Assembly: GCA_036505875.1 (NCBI GenBank)
Contig: DASXSR010000288.1
Coordinates: 1 to 63,384 of the forward strand
Source of the DNA: Blastocatellia bacterium
GTDB lineage: Bacteria > Acidobacteriota > Blastocatellia > UBA7656
DNA: 63,384 nt
Reading direction: 5' to 3'
The position numbers and the translations under genes are program-made. A model generated the notes under the pieces. That model saw nothing but the letters and a program-made list of their open reading frames with translations. It did not search any database and was not told the origin of the DNA. Below are positions 56,744 through 63,384 of the stretch, one piece after another (position 1 is the stretch's first letter; every line of letters begins with the position of its first letter).

Positions 56744-57434
56744 GTCGATATCCTATCCCAGTCACCGTTTCTATCGTGGAGGCGTCGCCCAGCTTTTGCC
56801 GGAGCCGCCGAATATGCACGTCGAGCGTGCGCGAATCTCCGTAGTAGGTGGCGCCCCAAACTCTGTCCAGCAGCACCTCGCGCGTCAAAACTCTTCCCTG
56901 GTTGCGCGCGAGCTCGGACAGCAATGCAAACTCCTTTCGCGTCATTTTAACCTTCCGTCCCTGATAGCTGACTGTAAAAGTCGAGGGTTCGATCCTCAAC
57001 ACTCCATCGTCAAAGACCGGAGCTTCAACTTCTGAGCCCTCCGAGCGACGCAGCGCGGCATTGATTCGCGCCACAAGCTCGCGCATCCCGAAAGGCTTCG
57101 TTACATAATCGTCGGCGCCCATGTTCAAGCCCAATACCTTGTCTGTTTCATCGGCGCGAGCGGTCAGCATCAGGATTGGCACACGCGCGGTCGTCGCCTC
57201 GGCGCGCAACCGACGGCACAACTCGAACCCGCTCATGTAGGGTAGATTCAGATCGAGCAGGATCAAATTTGGCGGACGTTCGAGGATAAGATTGAGCGCG
57301 TCTTCGCCCGTGGCGGCGGTGCGTACGCGAAAGCCCTCACGCTCCAGGTTGTAGCGTATCGAGTCCGCAATGTCTTCGTCATCTTCAACGATGATGATGC
57401 TGCGGACGCGCGTCCCATTAACTCCCGTTGTCAT
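56724..57434 (-). CDS. phoB: OmpR/PhoB-family response regulator
   Basis: The REC domain reads IIVEDDEDI...LDLNLP..SGF. The winged-helix output domain reads LT.KEF.LL..LA.N.GRV.TRE.LL..VWG....GD.RT.DVHI.RLR.KL. Confidence 0.85.
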   Translation of the reverse strand: MTTGVNGTRVRSIIIVEDDEDIADSIRYNLEREGFRVRTAATGEDALNLILERPPNLILLDLNLPYMSGFELCRRLRAEATTARVPILMLTARADETDKVLGLNMGADDYVTKPFGMRELVARINAALRRSEGSEVEAPVFDDGVLRIEPSTFTVSYQGRKVKMTRKEFALLSELARNQGRVLTREVLLDRVWGATYYGDSRTLDVHIRRLRQKLGDASTIETVTGIGYRLVALGP

Positions 57435-57457
57435 AACTTATACCGCATCTATGCCAT

Positions 57458-59131
57458 TCAAAACGTGAACAACAATTGTTCCTGAAAACGATACTGGCGC
57501 GGCGTGAACGCGCCAAGGGGCACAAAGAAGTTGGGGAACTGACCGCTGTTGCGCAATTCGCGCTGAACGAAGAGCAGACTTTGAAGCGTTATGTTCTTTG
57601 CGAGGCCGAGCTCCCATCGAATGTAGTGCGTGCGAAGGTTGACTCCGGTCACCGTTCCGAGATCGTCGTCGGTAAGCTGTGAGATGAGCGAGTTCGCGCC
57701 CTTGATCGAAAACACGTACAAGAAAGACATGTCGCCAAACTTCGCGGGTTTCCCGACTTGTATCGACGCTAACATCGCGTCGCGCTCTTTCGCGCTTGTG
57801 CCGAAGTTGCGACCCACTTGCGCATTAAACGCGATCGGGTAAGCGTGCTCGCCTGCTTTGAATCCGACGTGATCAAGCCGATAAGTAAGGCGCGCGACGT
57901 GAAAGTTCTCTGCGGTGTAGATTGCGCCGCCGGGCGTAGTTGTTGCATTGCCTGTCCCCGTCATCGGGCCTGACAGAACAAGTCCCAGACCAGGCTGCAC
58001 AATAAGGACTACTCCGTTTGCGGTCGAGGCGAGCTGAATCTGGTTCGGTTCGCGGAACACTTGAATATCTCCACCCAGCTGGTGTGTCCAATCCTCGCCA
58101 GACTTGAGGGTCAGCATCAAGCCTTGATGAAACAGATTCGACGAACGGCCTATCTTTCCAATCTCATCGCCCGCAACCGCAAGCGGGCTGCCCGCTGTGA
58201 TGACTGCAACATTTGGATTGCTGAACCAATACTGACCGGCGCGCAATTCGATTTTCGAAGCACTCTTGTTGCCGAACGGCAGGATGAATTTCTCGTTAAA
58301 GCCGTTGAAACGCAAGTCATCATCGAACAAGAAGCGCGAGTTGTCGGCGAAGATCTCTTGAACGCGTCCGCCCTGAAGCACGACGTTCTTGTTGGGGTGG
58401 TAATCGATCCACGCTTCGTTTATGAAAAACGGATGATGCGCGACGGTCGAGGTGAATTCTTGATCCAGAGTGAGCGGATTGTTGATAGGACCCGTCGAGA
58501 GCTGGCCGTGAAAACTGATTGACTTATTGAGTTCAGAATCTAGATTGAGACGCAGGCGGTACCTCAACCGGACATTCTGCAGGTGCTGAAGGGGCGGATC
58601 AGGCGGCCTGGTAGCCTCTCGTAGAGTTCCGTCCAGACGAAGACGAAAATCGCCGCTGAGATGAATCGGCCCAAGCCTGGTGACGCGCTCCTCGACTTTC
58701 TTGACGCGCTCTTCGAGCGTCGGCGGCTGACTCTGCTGAACAAGCTCTGGCGCTGCGGTCGCCGTCTCCTTTGCAGGGGCGGCATCGGTCACAGCAGACA
58801 CGGACGCCGGTGAACCTGCGTTGAGCAGTAGTATCATCCGACGCTGTTCTTCAATTACCTTTTGCATCGCGTTGAGCTTGTCGTCCTGGCGCTGCAAGGC
58901 TTCCTCGAGCGCGCGAATCCGTTCAGCTTCAGTTGGTGTCGCGGAAGCCGGCTTTGACGGCGCGGTTGCCGGCTGATCGCTCGATCCTCCCGTGACGTTC
59001 ATCGGAGCTGCCACGCCTTTGGCAGTATCTTTGCCTGTTTGCGTTGCAGACGCCTTCGCGACGCCCGCAAAAAAGCCGAGGAATAACGCAAGGAAAAACC
59101 ACAGAGTTGTTGTGGCTGACTTATTGTGCAT
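57458..59131 (-). CDS. Outer-membrane porin-like beta-barrel with an N-terminal coiled coil (possible phosphate/anion porin)
   Basis: The product has a signal peptide and heptad-like segments (RIRALEEALQRQDDKLNAMQKVIEEQ; LEERVKKVEERVTRL). An alternating beta-strand pattern follows, ending ...QEQLLFTF. It is embedded in the Pho cluster. Confidence 0.6.
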   Translation of the reverse strand: MHNKSATTTLWFFLALFLGFFAGVAKASATQTGKDTAKGVAAPMNVTGGSSDQPATAPSKPASATPTEAERIRALEEALQRQDDKLNAMQKVIEEQRRMILLLNAGSPASVSAVTDAAPAKETATAAPELVQQSQPPTLEERVKKVEERVTRLGPIHLSGDFRLRLDGTLREATRPPDPPLQHLQNVRLRYRLRLNLDSELNKSISFHGQLSTGPINNPLTLDQEFTSTVAHHPFFINEAWIDYHPNKNVVLQGGRVQEIFADNSRFLFDDDLRFNGFNEKFILPFGNKSASKIELRAGQYWFSNPNVAVITAGSPLAVAGDEIGKIGRSSNLFHQGLMLTLKSGEDWTHQLGGDIQVFREPNQIQLASTANGVVLIVQPGLGLVLSGPMTGTGNATTTPGGAIYTAENFHVARLTYRLDHVGFKAGEHAYPIAFNAQVGRNFGTSAKERDAMLASIQVGKPAKFGDMSFLYVFSIKGANSLISQLTDDDLGTVTGVNLRTHYIRWELGLAKNITLQSLLFVQRELRNSGQFPNFFVPLGAFTPRQYRFQEQLLFTF

Positions 59132-59164
59132 TTTTTGCTCCTTGTGAGTGATGAGCTATTGCCG

Positions 59165-59824
59165 CTACCACACCGAGTGCTTGATGACCTGACCGCGCGA
59201 CATGTAAATGATCTGCTCGCAAATGTTGGTAACATAATCTGCAATGCGTTCGAGATGCTTGATTACAAAAAGCCACTGCGCACCGCGCCCGACCACTGAT
59301 GGATCACGCTCCATTGCCGAGATTATTTCCGAGTAGAACAGATCGTAGAGTGAATCGACCTCATCATCGCGCTCGATTGTGGCGCGTGCTTTGTCCGGGT
59401 CGCCCGAAGTGAAAGCATCGAGTCCGTCTATCAGCATTCCCTGGACGGCGTTGGACATCTTTGTAAGCTCCAATCCAACCTCAAACTGGGGCTCGTTGTT
59501 CAGCGCGAGCGCGTGCTTGGCTATGTTGACCGCGTGGTCTGCGATGCGCTCGACGATTGGAGCCGTGCGCGCCACGGAAACCACAAATCGCAGATCTGAC
59601 GCGGCCGGCTGTTTGAGCACCAGCACATCAACGCACATCTGATCCAGCTCTAGCTCCATGCGGTCGATGGCATCATCTTCGCGGATCACTCGGTCAGCCA
59701 GATTCGAGTCGCGTTCCTCCAAGGCGCGCATTGACAGCATTATGGCTTTCTCAGCCGCGCCGCCCATCACGAGCAGTTTGTCGCGCATCTGGTTCAGATT
59801 CTCTTCAATCAGTCGTTTGTGCAT
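59165..59824 (-). CDS. phoU: Phosphate signalling complex protein PhoU
   Basis: 219-aa ORF with the duplicated PhoU motifs E..ID and (ERI.DHA.NIA / LERIADY.TNI). Confidence 0.92.
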   Translation of the reverse strand: MHKRLIEENLNQMRDKLLVMGGAAEKAIMLSMRALEERDSNLADRVIREDDAIDRMELELDQMCVDVLVLKQPAASDLRFVVSVARTAPIVERIADHAVNIAKHALALNNEPQFEVGLELTKMSNAVQGMLIDGLDAFTSGDPDKARATIERDDEVDSLYDLFYSEIISAMERDPSVVGRGAQWLFVIKHLERIADYVTNICEQIIYMSRGQVIKHSVW

Positions 59825-59829
59825 GATTT

Positions 59830-59887
59830 GTCAGTAGTCAGTAGTCCGTAGTCCGTAGCTACTGACTACGGACTACGGACTACGGAC
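59830..59887. repeat. Heptamer-built near-palindrome (GTAGTCC type) between pstB and phoU
   Basis: GTCAGTA GTCAGTA GTCCGTA GTCCGTA G | C TACTGAC TACGGAC TACGGAC TACGGAC. The centre of symmetry lies at 59858/59859, there is no loop and about 3 positions mismatch. Confidence 0.9.
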
Positions 59888-59893
59888 AAGTGT

Positions 59894-60802
59894 TTATCCA
59901 AATCTTCCAGTCACGTAATCCTCGGTCATTTGCTGATCAGGTTTCGTGAACATCTTCTCCGTAGTGTTGAACTCGATCAGCTCCCCGAGCCAGAAAAACG
60001 CCGTGTAATCTGACACACGAGCTGCCTGTTGCATGTTGTGGGTCACGATTACCAGAGTGTACTTCTCTGTAAGGTCGGTGATCAGCTCTTCAATCTTCTG
60101 AGTCGCTATTGGATCAAGCGCCGAAGTTGGCTCGTCCATCAAGACGACTTCGGGCTCAACCGCGAGCGCTCGCGCGATGCAAACGCGTTGCTGCTGTCCG
60201 CCTGACAAGCCGAACGCCGACTCCTTCAAACGGTCCTTGACCTCGTCCCACAAAGCTGCCGCGCGCAGGCTCGCCTCGACTCGGTCGTGAAGCTCGCTGC
60301 GTGATCGAGTCATACCGTTGATCTTGAGTCCATAGGCGACGTTGTCGTATATGGAGCGCGGAAAGGGATTCGCCTTCTGGAAAACCATACCAACACGTCG
60401 GCGCAAAGAGACGATGTCGGTTCCCGGCGCGTATATGTTTTCTCCATCAAGCTCGACTCGGCCCACGACGCGAGTGCCCGGTATCACGTCGTTCATTCGG
60501 TTCAACGTACGAATCAGCGTCGATTTGCCGCAGCCCGATGGCCCGATCAAAGCGGTGATCTGCTTCGGAGGAATCGCAAGGGTAATGTTCTTCAGCGCGC
60601 GAGTCCGCCCGTAGTAAAAATCAAGCTCCTGGACGCTGATCTTGGGTACCAGCGCCTGCTCGGCGGGCTGCTGATTCGTCTCGGGTCGTTCGTTGATCAC
60701 GGTATTGTCCATAACGGGTGCGCGCGCAATAGCATTGGCGTTGATGCTTCCTTCAGTTCCGCCAACAGCGTTCTCAGAGATTCTCTCGCGCTCAGTTACC
60801 AT
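59894..60802 (-). CDS. pstB: Phosphate ABC transporter ATP-binding protein PstB
   Basis: Walker A reads GPSGCGKST, the signature reads LSGGQQQR and Walker B reads [11 protein letters not shown]. The product ends ...[10 protein letters not shown], typical of PstB. The ~50-aa N-terminal extension means a later start (about 60712) is possible. Confidence 0.93.
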   Translation of the reverse strand: MVTERERISENAVGGTEGSINANAIARAPVMDNTVINERPETNQQPAEQALVPKISVQELDFYYGRTRALKNITLAIPPKQITALIGPSGCGKSTLIRTLNRMNDVIPGTRVVGRVELDGENIYAPGTDIVSLRRRVGMVFQKANPFPRSIYDNVAYGLKINGMTRSRSELHDRVEASLRAAALWDEVKDRLKESAFGLSGGQQQRVCIARALAVEPEVVLMDEPTSALDPIATQKIEELITDLTEKYTLVIVTHNMQQAARVSDYTAFFWLGELIEFNTTEKMFTKPDQQMTEDYVTGRFG

Positions 60803-60817
60803 TATTCTCTGCTAAAT

Positions 60818-61246
60818 TCACGCGGCGAGGAAATGACGAATGTTGCCGGCAATTTCTTCTCGCACGCGACGAAACGTGGCGAGCCGTTCGTTTTCTGGTC
60901 CGACCGCCTCCGCCGGGTCTTCAAAGCTCCAGTGAAGCTGCTTCGCGGCCCCCGGAAATACCGGACACGCCTCGCGAGCGCTGTCGCAAACGGTGATGAC
61001 ATAATCGAATGGTTGGCCGGCCATTTCTTCAACTGGCTTCGAGCGTTGCCCGCTGATGTCGATCGCTATTTCCGCCATCACTCGGACCGTCAGCGGATTG
61101 ACGCCGGTCGGATTCACGCCCGCGCTCTGGACATCAAACCGATCGCTGGCTATATCCCGGAGTAGCCCTTCAGCCATCTGGCTGCGGCACGAATTGCCTG
61201 TGCACAAGAACAGCACGCGCTCTTTGTTCGTTGCTTCAGTCGCCAT
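60818..61246 (-). CDS. arsC: Arsenate reductase, thioredoxin-coupled LMW-PTP type (ArsC)
   Basis: 142-aa ORF with the P-loop LCTGNSCRSQMAEG (CX5R). The second Cys pair, VCD....ACP, has the 7-residue spacing of the Bacillus/Staphylococcus ArsC type. Confidence 0.8.
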   Translation of the reverse strand: MATEATNKERVLFLCTGNSCRSQMAEGLLRDIASDRFDVQSAGVNPTGVNPLTVRVMAEIAIDISGQRSKPVEEMAGQPFDYVITVCDSAREACPVFPGAAKQLHWSFEDPAEAVGPENERLATFRRVREEIAGNIRHFLAA

Positions 61247-61257
61247 CTGCTAATCAG

Positions 61258-61503
61258 TCATGTGCGGGGCGCCGCACCGCTTCGGCCATGGTACAACAGT
61301 TTGCTGAGCAGCGTCACAGCGGTTGCCGCAATTGCAAGGTACAGGGTGATCTTATGCAAGCCTGTTATTATTAAAGCGCCGAGTGCCATAGCCGCCAGAG
61401 ACATCTGCAAATAGCCAAGGAGCAGCCGAAGCCAGCCCCACACAAATCTCTCGCGCCAATCCTGCCCCATAGACATTGATTCGATTTTCCGAGTCAGTTG
61501 CAC
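61258..61503 (-). CDS. Small hypothetical membrane protein (81 aa, two predicted TM helices)
   Basis: This ORF lies between pstA and arsC on the same strand. It has two hydrophobic stretches (WGWLRLLLGYLQMSLAAMALGALIITGL; ITLYLAIAATAVTLLSKLL). Confidence 0.5.
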   Translation of the reverse strand: MQLTRKIESMSMGQDWRERFVWGWLRLLLGYLQMSLAAMALGALIITGLHKITLYLAIAATAVTLLSKLLYHGRSGAAPRT

Positions 61504-61536
61504 TATTCGAACTTGCCCTCGTCCATAGATTCAATG

Positions 61537-62379
61537 TCAGACTTGGTGATGACGCTGCCTCGCAAGAAGTCTCACCGCAATATTGATCGTCAATATCATT
61601 CCGACCAGAACCAGCGTTGCTGCCCACGCCATCGCGTGCCACTGCTCGTAAGGAGAACCCGCGTAGTAATAGATCTGATACGTAAGGGAGGCAATCGGCT
61701 GGTTGATGTCCGTACTTATGTAGTTGTAGCTGAGCGCGGTGAACAACAGCGGCGCGGTCTCGCCTGCGATTCGCGCTATTGCAAGGATTGCGCCCGTTGC
61801 GACGCCGCCCGCTGCTGCCCGAAGGACAACTCCCAGGCTCATTCGCCAAACCGGAGCGCCAAGCGCCAGCGCCGCCTCGCGCATGCTGTGTGGCACCAGC
61901 CGTATCATTTCTTCAGTCGTGCGCGCGACTATCGGCATCATTATGATCGCAAGCGAAACTCCTCCAGCCAGCGCGGAGAAGTGACCCATTGGGCGAACCA
62001 TCATGCCCCAAACAAAAACTCCCACGACTATTGACGGAATCCCCGTCAGCGTATCGATCAGGAATCTCATCGCGGTGCCGAAACGATTAGACCCGAACTC
62101 GGCTAGATAAAGGCCTCCGAGTATTCCAACCGGCAGGCCAATCACCGAGGCGATCGCGATGAGAATCGTAGTGCCGATGATCGCGTTGGCGATCCCGCTG
62201 CCAAGTTCGCCGACCGGTTTCGGCTCGTTGATCAGAAAGCTCAGGTTGAGCTCGCGCACGCCAGTCATGGCGATATAGCCGAGGATAACGATGAGCGCAG
62301 CGATGGCCAGCAAAGCAAACAGTCCGGTCAATAAAGTCATTGCGCGACTCAATGCTTTTCGGCTTTGGATGCTAGACAT
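61537..62379 (-). CDS. pstA: Phosphate ABC transporter permease PstA
   Basis: 280-aa ORF with six TM segments. The EAA-loop context REAALALGA..W and ....GETAPLL are typical of PstA. It overlaps pstC by 8 nt. Confidence 0.9.
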   Translation of the reverse strand: MSSIQSRKALSRAMTLLTGLFALLAIAALIVILGYIAMTGVRELNLSFLINEPKPVGELGSGIANAIIGTTILIAIASVIGLPVGILGGLYLAEFGSNRFGTAMRFLIDTLTGIPSIVVGVFVWGMMVRPMGHFSALAGGVSLAIIMMPIVARTTEEMIRLVPHSMREAALALGAPVWRMSLGVVLRAAAGGVATGAILAIARIAGETAPLLFTALSYNYISTDINQPIASLTYQIYYYAGSPYEQWHAMAWAATLVLVGMILTINIAVRLLARQRHHQV

Positions 62380-63367
62380 GCACGACCTTTCCGTGTCCTC
62401 GCGTTACGCTCCAAACGAGCAGCCTCGCCAGCGCGTTGATCACGAATGTAATAACGAACAAAATCAACCCCAACTCGACGAGTGCGTGACGATATGTTTC
62501 GGTCGTCGCTTCGGTGAACTCGTTCGCTATCGCCGATGCGATGGTGAACGAGGGATCGAACAATGAGGCGGAAATCTGGGGGCGATTGCCTATCACCATT
62601 GTCACGGCCATCGTCTCTCCGACCGCGCGGCCCAGCCCAAGTATCACCGCGCCCGTTATGCCCGATCTGGCATTTTGAATCACGATGCGGGTCGCTTCCC
62701 ATTTCGTGGCGCCCAGCGCAAGCGCGGCTTCAGGTTGCGCGCGCGGAACAGCTCGCATAACGTCGGTCGTGACAGCGCTGACGATCGGCACGATCATTAT
62801 GGAAAGGATTATTCCGGCTGTCAGCAGGCCAAGTCCGCTCGGAGTGCCGCGAAACAACGGCAGGAAGCCCAGCGCGGATTGGAGGCGAGGGTAAACTGAA
62901 TCGCGGAGCAGGGGAGCGAGCACGAAGATTCCCCAGAGGCCATAGACCACTGACGGAATCGCGGCGAGCAATTGCACGAGGAACGAGACTGTGGTCGAAA
63001 GCGCTCGCGGCGCGTGCTCTACCAGAAATACGGCAATGCCAATGCTCACGGGGACTGCGATCAACAAACCTATTAAAGACGAAACGGTGGTGCCGTAGAT
63101 GAACGGCAGCGCCCCAAAGTCCTCGCGCACCGGGTCCCAAACTTCACGCCAGATGAAAACAAGGCCGAATTTCTTGAACGTCAGCGTTGAATTATTGGCC
63201 ATCTCGATGAGTATCAAGACGACCAATCCGGCGATTGCCAAAGCAAATACCAGCGTCGTCAGCTTGAAGAGCTGGTCTGCAAGCCGGCCTGAGTTGCGCA
63301 CTAATGCCACCAACGCGGCAAAAGGTGAGACGGCCGATTGAGTTGGAGGCTCGACATTTGCGCTCAA
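62372..63367 (-). CDS. pstC: Phosphate ABC transporter permease PstC
   Basis: 331-aa ORF with an EAA loop (EAALALGATKWE), GRA.GETMAVTMV.GN and multiple TM helices. Confidence 0.9.
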   Translation of the reverse strand: MSANVEPPTQSAVSPFAALVALVRNSGRLADQLFKLTTLVFALAIAGLVVLILIEMANNSTLTFKKFGLVFIWREVWDPVREDFGALPFIYGTTVSSLIGLLIAVPVSIGIAVFLVEHAPRALSTTVSFLVQLLAAIPSVVYGLWGIFVLAPLLRDSVYPRLQSALGFLPLFRGTPSGLGLLTAGIILSIMIVPIVSAVTTDVMRAVPRAQPEAALALGATKWEATRIVIQNARSGITGAVILGLGRAVGETMAVTMVIGNRPQISASLFDPSFTIASAIANEFTEATTETYRHALVELGLILFVITFVINALARLLVWSVTRGHGKVVHV

Positions 63368-63384
63368 GGTTCCTGCCCAATCCC

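Noticed and set aside
59132-59164. Pho boxes (PhoB-binding direct repeats) within the Pho cluster
   Set aside because: No CTGTCAT-N4-CTGTCAT-like direct repeats were seen in the short internal intergenic regions. The main pst promoter probably lies upstream of pstS, beyond the window end.

Overview
This is a 63.4-kb chromosomal segment of mid-to-high GC. It most likely comes from an Acidobacteriota genome: it has three paralogues of the acidobacterial VWFA-related (TIGR03436-like) family, a CarboxypepD_reg-type TonB-dependent receptor, DUF4388/J-domain proteins and many hybrid kinases. I found no rRNA, tRNA, CRISPR array, transposase or integrase.

Gene content in window order:
- A near-complete his operon on the minus strand (hisZ-G-D-C-B-H-F-IE-A).
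- Housekeeping and stress genes: pirin, thioesterase, ppa, J-domain proteins, an IPMS-like enzyme and an M20 peptidase.
- A three-gene signalling operon: a ~2,300-aa soluble poly-HAMP hybrid kinase, an orphan CheR and a REC-GAF-HK-REC kinase.
- recA, then a CbbQ/NorQ-like AAA+ ATPase with a REC protein.
- mnmA, a NosL-like lipoprotein and a long DsbD.
- A PIN/RHH toxin-antitoxin pair.
- A cluster of three VWA paralogues plus a FecR-domain protein.
- MgtC, HtrA, DoxX/HxlR, a YciI/sigma-factor pair, DinB and a TonB receptor.
- A Pho cluster: phoR-phoB-porin-phoU-pstB-arsC-small membrane protein-pstA-pstC.

Main observations that the ORF track does not show:
1. An unlisted 33-codon His-rich leader ORF plus an intrinsic terminator lies directly upstream of hisZ. 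This is the layout of a leader-peptide attenuator.
2. Two adjacent ORFs (ending 10875 and starting 10900) are one PDO/glutaredoxin-like gene. Its C-terminal CPYC active site reads U(TGA)-P-Y-C, and a SECIS-like hairpin follows the TGA, so it is a candidate selenoprotein.
3. A family of intergenic hairpins has arms built from tandem heptamers or nested palindromes. Seven loci were seen, some inside operons.
4. The ~12 x 92-aa HAMP array is almost invariant in protein sequence but clearly diverged at synonymous DNA positions.
5. A thioredoxin-type arsC and a small membrane protein sit inside the pst operon.

All functional calls rest on motif recognition by eye. No database searches were run.
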